DNA of 64,000 nucleotides from Nitrospirales bacterium (GTDB lineage: Bacteria; Nitrospirota; Nitrospiria; Nitrospirales; UBA8639). The DNA is taken from positions 896,001-960,000 of the forward strand of contig CBDBCZ010000018.1 in assembly GCA_965203295.1 (NCBI GenBank), read 5' to 3'. The notes beneath the pieces were generated by a model. It did no database searches. It was not told where the DNA came from and worked only from the letters and a program-made list of their open reading frames with translations. Shown one piece after another: positions 14,778 through 28,400 of the stretch (its first letter is position 1; every line of letters begins with the position of its first letter). The position numbers were made by a program, and so were the translations under genes.

Positions 14778-17700
14778 TGGCGTCCTTGTCGTTTGTTTAC
14801 GATTGTTGGAGAAGACGAGCGACAGGAGGAGACTCCATAGTGTGTCGACAAAGGAAGTCCATAGTGTGTTGAAGGAGGTTGTGGCTGGAGTGTTTCCAAA
14901 CGCCGTAGATACCTTCCTCCCGGTAGTCGCTTACCTCTGCAGACCCTGTATGAGATCGGTCGAGAAGCTCACCAAGGTGAAGCAGGATGCGCGCTACCAG
15001 GAGCTGGAACTTACGGAGCGTATCAAGCGAGCTGGAGAAGCTCGTGGTCTGTCCACAACCGATGAGGCAGCAGCTTGTGTTGGACATGAGAGAGGTCAGT
15101 AGGCAGCCTGTCGCAAATTTTTTGCCATGTTAGATGTATGGACCTCCTTTGTATTGTCCACTTCACATGCACTCCTGTAATTATAGGAGAGCTACCTAGT
15201 GCAAATCGGACACCACAAAAGCGGTCTCATTCTCCCGCTGCCTTGGAGACTCCATCGCCCAAGCGCAGGCGAAAAGCACATGACACGCCAACAAGAAAAG
15301 CTTTAAAATGCATGCATCCTGGAACCTCTCCAGCTGTTGCAGTAAGTACCATGCTTCGGCTCGTTAAAGTGTAGTACTAGTAGTTTTGTCTCTGTTATAT
15401 TTATTATCACTGGACATCTAATTATCATGGTACCGTATGCGTTATTGGTTGTGTGTGTAGAGTGGGATGTAGAGTGTTATCTTTAGGAGAAAAACAGTTT
15501 CAATCTGAATGGGAATGAGAGGAATTAAAGTCAGCTAGCTGGCATAAGCATTACACATGTCAGAGTCATGCATTTCCCCTTCCGGGATGTAATGATACAC
15601 ACATTTGCATTTCACAGATTCTGGTGAAAGGAAAAACGGACTCCCGTGCACATCCTATTCCCAGGCACTCCGGTCTGAAGACACTGGCCAGGAGTGTAGG
15701 TCGCCTGAATCGTCCCTCCATTGCTCGACAAGCTATGCGTGATCCAAAAGTTCGGAAGGTGGTTTTGAACATCTTGGAGAAAGATGTGCAGAAGGAGATG
15801 ACAAAAATGTCTGCCAAGAATACCAAGTCTTGTCTCCGTCAGAGAAGCCTGGAAGCTCTGGACAGCTTCTCCTGGGATCATCTCCATTCTGAGCTGCAAT
15901 CAAAAGCTCCAACACTTCACCGTATTCTCCAAGGATGCGTCAACGTTAAGTGACGGCAACGAATCAGTAAGAAAGGGAGAAGAAAGGGGAAGGTTCCACG
16001 CTCACATCGTCCGAGCAATTCTGCAGTTCTTGGTGTGTGTGCAGCACTGCTGCTAAGACATCGAAATCACCACATGAACATAGTTCAGCGGATCATCTCG
16101 ATCATCCTACACAGCGGACACACAGCGAAACAGGTTTGTCTAGTTGTCTGTGCAATGCCTCAGTAGATTATTTTTTTTTTTTTTTGGATAGGCGTACTGT
16201 CGACTTCAGAAGATGCTCTTGTGTCTGTCACACTCCCAAACTTTGGTCACCCTTGATGAGCTTGGTGAAGGCCATGATGCAGAAGTTCGGAAATGGCAGG
16301 CCAATATAACTAGCTCACTGACAAGCGAGGTTAGTGAAGCATAATGTACCACATCCACAATGCATGCATGTACATTTAAATTATTGTGCTTCTTAATATT
16401 ACAGTCCCTTGGTGACTTTGGCGCAAGCAGCCTGGATGCTAGGGGAGAAAATGTGGCAGAGGTACATGTATAATATTTGTATAAATGTGTATGTTATACT
16501 ATGGTATGCATAATCTACTTTGATCTTTTGACTTTAATGAGGTTCTAAAATCCATTAGACACCTCTTCAAAAATTCATATTTTATATAGAGAAATTGAAA
16601 GCTGGAAACCATATTTTAAGCTAGTTAGTGACCTCAGGCAGGTATCTTAGCTGTTTAGAGACCTTCAGGATGCTCCTATAATCACCTCGGGCTTCGCCCT
16701 CGGTGATATAGGTAGCATCCTTCAGGTCTCTAAAACAGCTAAGATACCTGCCTGAGGTCACTAACCTATACTTGTGGATGGTCTATAACAATATGGCTAT
16801 TGTTTCGTATGGTACAGTCTGGTGCAGGAGCGGTTGGCAGTTCTTTCCAACATGAAGCTGAGGTACTGCAGGAGCCTGTGACTGTTCCAGTAGAGCAAGA
16901 ACTGTCCACTGATGCACCAACCAGTTCCAGTGAGGCTTCTTTACCGCCCACTTCCCCATGTGGTTCACCATCCACTGAGTCTGAAGACTCGCCAGCAAGT
17001 CCAGTGCCTTCAGAGCTCACTTTCAGTGAACCTTCCAGTCCAGATAATGATGCCTTCCTGGGTCCTGAGTATCATCCTATAACCCCACACTTGCAGACGT
17101 ATAGACTAGTGGGGGACAACATTGATAAGAATGTGAAACCGAGAAACATGACGAGCGACCACCAGACTCGCTCCCTTCATTATTTTCATACCTATGCAGT
17201 CCGAGACCGCATTGATCTCTCCAAGTTCAGCAGCGACCTTCCTGTACCAGATGTCAGTAAATTTGACTGGCAGAAGCTCCTGCCATCGAATGATGACAAG
17301 AAAGTGCTATACGAGAATGTGGCAATTCTGATTGGACGTTGCCTAAAGAAGAATATGCCTTTCTTTGCAAAATTCGGTGCAGGTCTTGAGAAGCACATTC
17401 TCCATGAGTTCTCTGATCAGATGTCCGCAAAGTCAGAAGTGGTAAGGTTGCTGCTCTATATACATCTTATTTACCAAATAGTTTGGCCATATATAGCAAG
17501 TACTTTTGAGTAGGCACCTTACCCACCCCAACCTGTCCCACGTTAATACTATGCTGTGTCATTGTATGCATGCAGGTTCCTGTAGGAATTATCTTGAAGG
17601 GTGAGCAGAAAAATGAAGATATGGTAGAAATCCTTGAAGATCTGCAAAAATATGTGCCAACAGTGTCCACGACTGAAAGTGTTGATGTGCCAGGAGAGTC

Positions 17701-19072
17701 AACACCCATGCAGGTTCATGTGGACAAATTTCATCACTTGGAGATAGGTAAGCTATCAACATTTAGAATGGAGGAGCAAGCTAGGGGCACTTGTAAATTT
17801 CCTGCCTTTGATGCACACTATACATTCTCAGGAGGAGATCAAATGACTGCTTCCCGGACCAGGAGTAGCCAAAGAATACGGAGCAATTCTCTAAGAGGGA
17901 AGGACAGATTGGAGGGGATGGTACCAGTGGTGGAAGATTGGCACTCAAAAGTGTGCCTATTGGGGGTAAGTATTCTCCTTCCACGTCTTATGATAGCTGA
18001 TGATGAGTGTTCATGCATTTTTTTTGGAACGTATGTATATGCAGGTCATTTGGAAACGACTGTATAAGTGCTCGTCAGGAATGGATGCAGGAACGCTGTT
18101 CCGGCTACAGAAGCTCATAAATCGTCGCAATGTTGTCAAGGATCCAAGCAAGAGTGTCGCTCCATGTGAGGAATTTTTCCTTCTTGTCGTAGAGACGCAC
18201 ATCCTTGCAGCTACAATGCAGTTGTTCGGAATGTCATCTCTTGAGGATAAACCCAGTGTTGAGTTCTTCCCAGAAGGTAGTTCAGAGTTGGACACTTTGC
18301 AGTGGCGACAGGTTCTGATGTTGGGACTCAGGGAGTTGACAAGGAAGTTTGTTGACCTAGACGTAACCCTCAAGGATCCAAAGCAGGCGAAGGCCAAACC
18401 GGGGAAAAAGGCACCGCATTCCGAGGAGTTCGATCGTGTACACGCTTACTCATGTGAGCTGATGAGCCTTGGACTCCTCCTAATGGAATTTGGTGATGCT
18501 GTCCGAGAAGGGGATGGTACACGTATCCTTCGTTGCTGGCGCTACTTCCTACTTCTTTTTAAAGCTTCTGACCGTACCAATTATTCTATTGAGGCGTTCA
18601 CTCTCCTAGCCCAATACGAGTACTTGTTGAGCCCAAGGATGGCCATGCAATTGAAGTGGAGTCGGACGGTGAATGTACATGGCCACCCAGGAAAGAATAT
18701 TGCAGCAGACTTACACATGGAACATTTGAATCGAGAGTGTAAGAGCAGCCTGAGTGGTTTGGGAGCCAACATTACCGACCACTCTGTGCTAAGAATCGGC
18801 AAATGTATCGGTAGATGCAGAGCATACTCCATCAGTACGATCAGGTGAATGGAGTCCGTGAATTTTCTGGCCACCATACAAGACACTCAGCATCGGTGGA
18901 CCGTGACAAAATTCTGAAACAACTGCAAGAGTCCAAAGTTTTCGACTATAAGCCTGGACGCAAACATAAATACTTCCCAAGGTTTTCAACCAACTTAGTT
19001 AAGAAGCTGTCTCGCTGTGAGCTAAAGGAGTGGATGCAAGATCGCATGCAAAAGCTGATTGTCTATCATTGA
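14778..19072 (+). pseudogene. Academ-family (DUF6589-like) transposase, ~9 exons, disrupted
   Basis: Exons ~14778-15094, 15188-15341, 15618-16132, 16192-16329, 16405-16461, 16818-17441, 17576-17747, 17832-17965 and 18045-19072, with GT-AG introns. Motifs are LLLRHRNHHMNIVQ, GDNID, SLHYF, GGDQMT, EDWH, REGDG and KNIAADLHMEHLNR. There is an in-frame TGA at 15951, a frameshift near 18815 and a probable frameshift near the ATG. Confidence 0.82.
16622..16770. repeat. ~145-bp palindromic element inside a transposase intron
   Basis: ~60-bp inverted arms surround the apex CCTCGGGCTTCGCCCTCGG. It ends in CCTATA. Confidence 0.8.
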
Positions 19073-19113
19073 TGGCATATTCATCTAATGGCAATGGTTG
19101 GTTATAATGATTA

Positions 19114-20498
19114 TCATAATGACAATGGTTGGCATGAAGGACAAGTACATTTAGTTTCACATAAATCACAACACAAACACAAAGATTTGACACCACAATC
19201 ACTTGGTGGAGCTTTAAAATCTTTAAGAAGCAACTCTCTTCTGCATGTGTCCTTGTTCCTGCAATATTCTTTCATAGCAGTATCGTCAATCCGACCCAAC
19301 TCCGTATCGGTATAGTATAGGGTTGCTACTGCCAATTGTCGATTGCGACCTGCTCTACCCGTTTCTTGTAGGTACAGTTCAATGTCGGTTGATGGTCCCC
19401 AGTGGATCACCCTTCAGATGTTGGGACAGTCCAACCCCATGCCAAAAGCAACTATTACTCGGAGGGTGCTGTTACAGTCAGGAAAAGACTTAAGAATGCC
19501 GTTTTTGACTGATGAGTGTGTGCATGCTGAAAACATGTCAATGAGACGACATTGCTGCAAGGCATAATGGGTACCAATTGGCTCCATCATCTCCCTTCCC
19601 AAGCGATCTGCCATGAACATGTACACACCAGAGCACTGGCTATAGGTACGACAAAAAATAATTGTTCGATCCGTGCTTGTTCTTTTTCGTCGAAGTTCTT
19701 CAACTAAGGGTGCAAATGTTTCCTCTAGTGTGCCGGGATTACCCTTCACAACATATTTGATGTTTGGCTTGTTTGGAGACACAGCAACAGTAACTGGACG
19801 GACCATTCCCAGAGTTTTTGACACGCTACATCGTGTGAACTTTGTGGCTGTAGCTGTTAGTGCCATGATTCTGACCGTCTCTGGGACCAAACTCCTGATG
19901 TCACCAAGATTGGCAAACTCCTTCCGAAATGACTCTCCCCTGTGATGAGAAGAGTGTTGAACTGTCATAAAGTATAGTTCTGTCACTTTGACATGTACAC
20001 TTACCATTTTTTAACACAATGTGCCTCGTCCACCACTAATGCAACCAAGTTCTGCTGGTAAACTGGACTCTGTAACATATCTCTCCACGTCATATTAGTC
20101 AGCAGGGCCTCAGGACTCAGATACACCAGCTGGTACTTCCCATCACACACCTCGTTCTCGGTCTCGCTATCAACATCTCCCACATAAATGGCACGCATGT
20201 TTCTTTCAGTCATCTGCCTCACCTGATCCTTCATGAGAGCCACAAGTGGACTAACGACGATGACAATAGACTGTGTCTCAATCGACTTGCTCCCTCGAAG
20301 GATGTCAAAAACTTTCGGAAGCAAGCAGTAGCACAGGGATTTTCCACTGCCAGTAGGCATGCATACAAAGACGTCTTTCCCACCCAGGAAGTGTTTGACC
20401 ACGAGCGCCTGATTCGGCCTCAACTCAGCATAACCCAGCTGCTTTGTACCTTCAGTAATCGCTTTGCACACGCGCTCGCTGGAATACTTATCAGCCAT
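19114..20498 (-). pseudogene. RecQ-like SF2 helicase carried by the transposon, 2 exons, one premature stop
   Basis: Exons 20498-20005 and 19939-19114. Motifs are PTGSGKS, SPLVALMKDQ, DEAH, WGESFR, ALTATAT, IIFCRT, FGMGLDCPNI and QETGRAGR, plus an RQC-like Zn cluster CRR...CCDLC. There is an in-frame TGA at 19416-19414. Confidence 0.9.
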
Positions 20499-20672
20499 CT
20501 CTAGCTCTCGCACCTCCACGTGATTTTACGTGATAATAATAGTTGTCACATGATTACTCCAGTTTCATTGGCTCTGCCAACATTCCGGCAGCCGGAACGG
20601 AAACGTGGCGTAACCGTGCAGACTCACTTTCCCCTAATGAAGTGAGGCGGGCGCGCGAGACTAGCTCATACC

Positions 20673-20768
20673 GAGGCCTTCCCTCACAGCTTTTTTCGCA
20701 GCCGTGGCAAAAAACTTTTTCCCACGGCTGTGAAAAAAGCTGTGAGGGAAGGCCTGGGTTCGAGGCTA
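20673..20768. mobile_element. Palindromic Academ-type MITE whose left terminus was split by the 6-kb element
   Basis: Hairpin ending GGCCTGGGTTCGAGGCTA. Removing the large element and one TSD copy restores the left end TAGGCTCATACCGAGGCC. Another left end, TAGCCTCGTACCCAGGCC, starts at 20776. Confidence 0.7.
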
Positions 20769-21814
20769 TTGTAATTAGCCTCGTACCCAGGCCTTCCCAC
20801 ACAGCTGTTTCCGCAGCCGTTGCAAAAAGCGTGGTTAAGGCCTGGCAGTAAACATCACGTGATGCGTGTCTTCGCTTTCGTCACTACAAGGGTTCACGGG
20901 TTCATTTGCACTCGTGACGTATTTCACGTGGCGTTTTTCCGAGACTCTAGCAACACTACATTCTGGAGAAACTCGTTACGGTACAGTTGGTGAGCCGGAC
21001 GAGTTATGATAGTTGAGAACCACGAGCGTCAGCCGCTGTTTACGCTGTTCGAGTCGATCTGTGCGTGACTAAGTGCCAAAGACTGTTGTGCCAAGCCAGC
21101 TGCTTGTTGGACGTTACTGTCTGCGGAAATCGCTCTCAAATGAGTGTAGCATAGTCTGCAGCTTCACTTTTTTGTTGTTCTTTTGACTAAAAATCTACTA
21201 GAAGTCGTTATAAATCGTCGCTTTCAAAAAAAATTCGGCAACCGCCCACTTTCGCCCGGCGAATTCGAGCCCTGCATTACAAACTTCAACCTACTCACAG
21301 AAAAATTAGGGATGCGATTTTTCATTCACCCCTCGGTTTCTGAGAACCACCCACCAAAGCTCTCTCTATGCATAAATCTCCACAGATTTTCACAACTAGC
21401 TATTTTGAACTAATTAAGAAAATGGGCGGGGCTACAGACCCAAAGGTCACTATTCTAGCCTACCTGAGATGGGCAACAATCTGCCGCCATCCATCTGTGT
21501 GGCTGACTTCTAGCCACTCAGGCAGCCTAATAAACTTTCTACAACACACTAGCTAGCTATTCTGACACAAAAATCCTAGTCGAGTGTTGAAAGCCAACAT
21601 CAGAGTACTGCTCAACCACATCAAAGTGATATCGCATATGAAAGAGCCGCTATCCACATCAAAGTGACACACCCCTCCTGTCGATTCCGGTTGCCGCCAC
21701 GGAAAATGCAAACATATCAATGAATCTAATTAGTACCACGTGAGTGACGTCATCTTATTAATTATTCATGAGGAGAATCATGCGGATTCGAAGGTGAGGC
21801 TCTTCCTACCTTAA

Positions 21815-22008
21815 TGAGGCAGTTTTCAACGGACTTCTGCAGTCGGGAGCATGCAGTTTGTCCGCTGTCCGGAATCAAGAAGCGTCCGCTCGTGGGAGGT
21901 TTCTTATACATCAGCACTTTTGTAATTTCAATCGGTGCCACGGCTGGTGTCCTTTATAGGGAGGTTTTCCGGTGGTGGGAGGGTCCGTTATGGGAGGTTC
22001 CACTGTAC
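21815..22008. mobile_element. Partial Tc1/pogo-type MITE right end
   Basis: It ends GGAGGTTCCACTGTA, the reverse complement of the common TACAGTGGAACC terminus. No left TIR was seen. Confidence 0.45.
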
Positions 22009-22417
22009 TAAACTAATTTCACTTCTATGAAAGCATGATAGATGACTGGAGGAAATGGATGAGATTGCTCAAGGGTACCAAAAGATGATTAAATTCCCAG
22101 GTGTGGTAGAGAGAATGTCACATACTGAAAGCAGTGACTATGTGTGACACTTCACCTCTCCATACAGTACACTTAAGAATGAAAATGAAACAGGCAATTT
22201 ATAGATCACACTCAATGTAAGTATTCTACAGCACTGACACATCTATACAGTGTACAACACAAACTATAAAGTTTAGAGTATGCACACAAAATAACTATTA
22301 TAATTATGGTATATAGTTCGAAGTCTGGCTACATTACACGACACATAAACAGCTTCTTTATGAAGTTAGTCACACTATATAGTAGTGTTCTAAAGCATCA
22401 CAGTTTGTGAGTGTCAC

Positions 22418-25400
22418 TCATCGAGGACACAGTCTGCCCCTCCTGAACCTGCGATAGCAGACATCAACGCAGTAGATGGCAAGAGGGTCAATTGACAGGA
22501 GAGGGTTCTCAGAGAATGGGACTCCAGCTGCAGGACATTCTGTGTACATAGAAGTCAATGTATTAATTAATTAAGCTAATTAATAGTAGAACAGAAATTA
22601 CTAAAGCGATGAGGACACTATTCATCTTTGATGCAACCTGCTTTCTGCCTTGTTCAACTGCGGATATATACTAAATCAGACTGGAGACACATGATGTGAT
22701 GTTTGTTTTACTCTATAGTGATGTACCGTATTATGGCACAGTACATGTACTGGAGGCTTCGATCACACACAAATTCCAATTCTACAAGAATGTTTTTCCG
22801 ATGATGTATGTACTGAAATAGGTCGTACATTGATAATCTCGAGCCATCAATGGAGGCTGTACGTAATTTGGCCACATATCTCGCGACTGTGTAATTTCAA
22901 AAATAATATCTAGGGTACTAAAAATAATTTTGACAAACTGCTATACTTATGACTGTATAAGAATCATGAACTCACGATCATCTGATGTAATAACTATCCT
23001 TGTTTGGTTGCGTATGATGGAGACAGGCACCTCAGAGAATGCTACGTCCAGCCTGACAAAGAAATGCTCGTTTGTTTCCAGGAAGTCGTCATTTACAATC
23101 TCAATTTCAGTGGTGTAGGTAGTCATGAGTGAGCTAAATGTCAAAGTCATGTCAACAGCACGATAGTCATCTGGAGCTACATGAGAGAGTAGAAAATGAA
23201 CACAACATACCGTCTTTATTCTATTATTACACAAGCAAATAAATTAATTTCAGTTCTGTTTGTGCTAAATTAGATTCATTAAAAATTCCTGGAATAGAAT
23301 TTCTTGCGCTAGATTAGATCATGCGTTGTAAAGGAGTGGTTTAGTCGCTTTGAAAAAGCCAGTTTTTTTCAAGAGGTAGGCTCAAGGTTTCACCAGAATT
23401 TTGATAGGCAGCAAGACCCAGAAGACTCATAAGGGCCATTTAGTGAAGACTCAGAGCTATTTGTGGACTTAGCTGAGTAACAGTTGTTTTAGCTAATAGT
23501 ATTTACAAAGTATATTTCCTGGAGTTGTACACCTCTTGCATTAGATTGGATTCAGCTTAAAGTAATTAGTGATGGACTTACGCTAGATTAGATTCATAAT
23601 AACTTCCTAGAATCACAATTTCTTGCGTTAAATTGGATCTTGCATAATGATAGAATAAAGACGGTAATAAGTATTCTTCACAGTATTTGTATCAGTGAAA
23701 ATACTGAATTACTAGGAAGGAGATAACCAGAATTGGCTAATAGCAATTCTGTACATGTACATCGTCTTTGTAGATTATTTACTTGTAGCCACTCCATCTA
23801 CTGTGTACATCCGCACAGTGATTGTCGTTTCTAATCTGCCTGACACCATCTGCACTGTTGCTGGTACACCACCAGTGCCTTCACTTTCACGTTGACGAGC
23901 TTGAGTGAAGCCAATGGCAATGCCTGCGCAGATAGAAAGTATCGAAAATTCATGGTGTGTTATCAGAAATTATACGAATTATTCATACCGTCATTATCGA
24001 CAATCATCACAGTTGCAGTGGAAATCTCTCCCAGTGCCACTTCTGTGTCTCCACTTCGAACACCAAGCTCAACACTAAAGCTTTCCATGCCCTCTGCTAT
24101 GCTATCATCTATAATCTGGACTGTGAGAGTTTGCAGCTGTTGATCACCACCAGGTGGGAGTGTTAATGTCTGAGTTAGAGCTGTAAAATCTCCAGCTGCA
24201 TTTGAGAGACAATGGTGGGAAGCACTTAGCAGATAAAATACAATCATACTATCTTACCAGTTGCACTCATCAGGTTTACAGTAACGGTGGCTTGCAGTGG
24301 AATGTTATGATTTCCTCTCTTGTTGACAGTCAGTACCACCGTTCCATCAGCTTCACCTACAGTGTACTCAGGTTGAGTGAACTGCACAGTCACCGCTGCA
24401 GTTGAAGATGATTGCATGATAGGATGAAAAATGGTAGTGTTGTAGCAGTAGTGTTATGTGTTATGTGCATATGTATATGTAATCGATGGTCGATCATAGT
24501 TATTAAAGCATGCAATTTAATGGGCCCACTTCAAAAATAATGTTTATAATATCATTTCATGGTTCCAGTACTGTTGTTATTATTGCGATATAGGCTGGTT
24601 CGTGTCTCAAATTAGCATGCATCCATAGCGCTTGCTCCCTTGAACTTATATTCACACTTGACAGTGTAGGTAAGGCAAGATATATAAAAGAAGATGAAAC
24701 ATGGCAGGGTTCTTTCCAGGATTTTTTGTCTGGGGAAAAGTGGTGGTGGGTTGCAGGCGTGACCACAGTGTTTTAAGAGGTCCAGGGGCATGCCTCGCCC
24801 CCCCCCCCCCCCCCCCCACACACACACACTGCTATTTATTTACTCTACTGAGAGTTGTTCTGCAGCAACCTGAGAGAATTTTAAAGTGCTAGTAGCTGTG
24901 GTCCTACTGGGCTCCTGTTCTTGGCAGGTTGTATTGTTTTTTGTTTTTTTTCTGGGGGGGGTTTGGTGAAAGTCTTATTCTAGTATGGTTTTGAAAACCA
25001 AGTGAATGTAGACATTCTTGTTTCATTTATGCAGTACTTACACCTGCAGGATGGTGGATTTGGTGAAAATGCTGCAGAGTTGTCATCCACTTGTGTGCAT
25101 GTTGTGGTTGCACCTCCGATCAACTCCAGTCCAGAATTACAGGTGTAGGTAGCAATGTCACCAACAGAGAGGCCAGTGAATGTCACATGCCGTTGACAAT
25201 GTCTACCGGATTAGGACACAGTGCTGCGAAAGGAAGATTCATGAAAATAATTCACAGGAAACAAGCGTATATATGGCCCAAGATATATAGCAAGATAGAA
25301 CCTGCTCACATATATACACTATTGCATGGCAGCCAGTGATCACATATGTCACTTGAATGATCGATATTGGTCAAGTTTGTGCAGCATTTTGGGCGAGTTA

Positions 25401-28400
25401 GAGAGACAAGCCATGACAAATAGAATGTCCACTGATATTGGATGGCCACTTGATATGTATTGTGCATCCATGATTATAAATGATCAGTTCAGCATGCCGT
25501 CGATCCGGTATATCAGTGGTTAATGCATGTTCTGCCTTATAAGAACTACTACACAAATATATAGTGCTATTCTCTGAATTCGAATATACAATATAAAGCA
25601 GCGGATCGGTCTGCATGGGAATGATAATGTATGCACATAAAATGTACTGGTGGCTCTTCAATATATAATCAGCTCGTACACGTACCCAGGTACACTAAAA
25701 CTTGTCTGCATAGGTGCAAGGCTCTTTTCAGTATAAAGCACATGCTAACATGATTGACATTATAATATAATACATAGTCATTCCTATTTCCACAAAGTAG
25801 CTATACTCACGCCTGCATAATGGTATGACTGATGAAAATTCTGCCTTGTTTTCATCCACTTGTGTGCATGTGATGGTTGCAGTTCCGATTAGCTCAAAGC
25901 CCGGGTCACAGGTGTAGGTAGCAGTGTCACCAACAGAGTTGCCAGTGAATGTCGCCATGCCATTGACAATGTCCACTGGATTAGAACACAATACTGCAGA
26001 ACAAGGTACATTGGATCTATGCACTTGAAGATGAACAATCACTATTGTACACTACATTATAACGGAGTTCGCATTAGAAAACAAAGCCTGCTTTTGAACA
26101 TGCTGTCTGCTCACATGTGCCAAGCGAGGCAATCTGGTGATAGATCAATAAACTTGTGCTACATGATGTGATTCAACCTTACATCTGAACCAGACAAAGC
26201 CATGAGTGACAGAGAAAGTGCTTATTATAAGTAAACCTAACCACTGATTCATGGATGCTAGCTTTTTTCTACTCTCTACACTACTCAAGAGTCGTGATTT
26301 AAGTCATGCAAAAACCTAAGCCAATAGGAAGGATATCTATATGTGAACTTTTACCCCCTACTTCACTGCATGCCCACCTTTTACAGCAAGAAATCATCAA
26401 ACTAGAATAATAATGGACTGTCCATGGTACTCTAACTTAAATATTTGTTTCTTAATCGACTACTAAGTGTAATGATTTTAGGGAGGTATATATTCAGGTT
26501 ACTTACAGAGAGTATCTCTTATCTCCACAACAGTCAGATCTGGCTCCAAGAAAAAGTTTCGAGGCAGTCCAGTGGGGTGACTGAAAGGATCTGGAACTAC
26601 CTGCACAGTGAAACGCTCAGTGTCCTCAAAGAGATCGTCATCAATAATAAACACTTCAATGCAAGCCCGGCTGTTGGTAGCAGTGATGTCAGTAAAGAAA
26701 AGATCCTCAATCGTCAGTTCCTGATAGTCTCCAGGGTCTACATGATATGAAAAGAGTACGTCTAAAACCAAACGAGACCTGTGATAGTAAGAATAACCAA
26801 CCTGCAGCAGTGCCCCTGATGGTAATTGCAGCAAGGGTGATAGTAATGTCTTGTGGAAATACATTACCAGTGACACTCAGAGTACGAACGCAGATTTCAA
26901 GAAGTCCCTGCCCCTCATTCACAGAGGTAAATGTTTCTTCCCACCCAATTGACACAGTTCCTGCAAAAGAGATTCAACATTATTTTATATTAGAAATTAC
27001 TCATTAACTTACAGCATACCAACTAACCATCATCATCAACAATGAAAATCTGTGCAGTAGCAAAGAGAGCACTGCCATCATCAAGTGTTCCACCGATATT
27101 GATATTCAGCCCTGATTCTTCTAGTGACAGTTCAACACGAAACACCTCAAGTTGCTCAGGTTCGAGATCATCAAGTAGTTCAAAGAGATAGGGTAAACTT
27201 TGCCGATCTGGTGGGAATGTGTTTGACTGAATCAGATCAGCAAGTATATCTCTGTTGGAATCCTGTTGATCAATGGTTGCATCACTTGGACCACTTCCTT
27301 TAATTGTGTTGAATCTTATCCCAAATGTTAACTCTGACTGCTGATTGTTCCCTTTGATGACTGGGATTCTAGTTAGAACACCAGTAGCATTTAATAATTC
27401 AGAAACTGTGTAGCTGCTCTGCTCAAATCCAATTATGAGAGCTATGTATAAGAATGATGCAAATTATTCCACTTAAAGAAATCCTGTTCAGAGGGATTTA
27501 CGACCACATAATAGCAACCTCACCCACTTATTATATACACAATTTCATACCGTACTGATGTACAGTAAAAGTGCTTAGATCTTGCATTATTGTGTGTTCC
27601 CCCTACACTACCCAAGTACAAATATAAAGATGGAAAGGGGGCGTATACGTATAATGTTGGGCATGAAGAAGAAGTCACAGAGGGACGAAACTCGTACTAT
27701 GTGATCCTGGGGCAAAAATTGGAACTCATATGTAGGGTTCTCTATTTTCAATTTCTGTGAGGATTTATGGCCAAAACAAACTATACACAATTTATATGGC
27801 TCTTCACTGAGGCATTTGTTCAAAATGGTGTCTCAGGCGGCTATATATATATATGCATGCATGATGTCTTCAAGCCTGCGGTGCAACAAGAAGCAGAGAT
27901 CTGGACAAGTCCACCACGTATTTTACCAAGGGAGGCTTACTACAGCTGCCATGTTAGTAGAATTTATGTAGCTTCATTATAAGCAGAGATATCAGCGCTA
28001 GAAACAGACGGCACTATTCGCCCACTACTCCTGTAGCAGCTATGGCGTCATTCTATAAACTATGCTGCTCACAGAGATGCCAAGAGCTACGTAGCTATGC
28101 TCACCCACCGTACTTTGTACTTGGGTAGTGGTTAGGCATGCATAAGTATTACATGCCACTAGCAACACGTTTTAAGAGATATATTTCCCCCATTTTCTTT
28201 TGATGGAGTATATCATGTACAGTCATGCATATAGCTACCCTACACAGATCCATTAAACAAGGCAAGCAGGGGTACATCTTATGTCAGCACTTTGTACACC
28301 CTGCTTACAGTCCCTTACCCATTCCCACACTTACGATCATCATCAATGATTCTTCCCAAAGTTGCGAACCGTCTACTTCGCAGATCAACCCTATCTGGAT

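Larger units (their letters stand above)
14635..20663. mobile_element. AcademH-type DNA transposon (transposase plus RecQ-like helicase), full length but mutated
   Basis: 72-bp TIRs (14635-14706 and 20592-20663, 2 mismatches) with TAG...CTA termini. The 9-bp TSD GCTCATACC lies at 14626-14634 and 20664-20672. Two convergent genes fill the interior. Confidence 0.9.

Noticed and set aside
19114..20519. Host or bacterial recQ gene
   Set aside because: It has a spliceosomal intron, lacks the C-terminal RecQ domains and lies within TIRs and a TSD.
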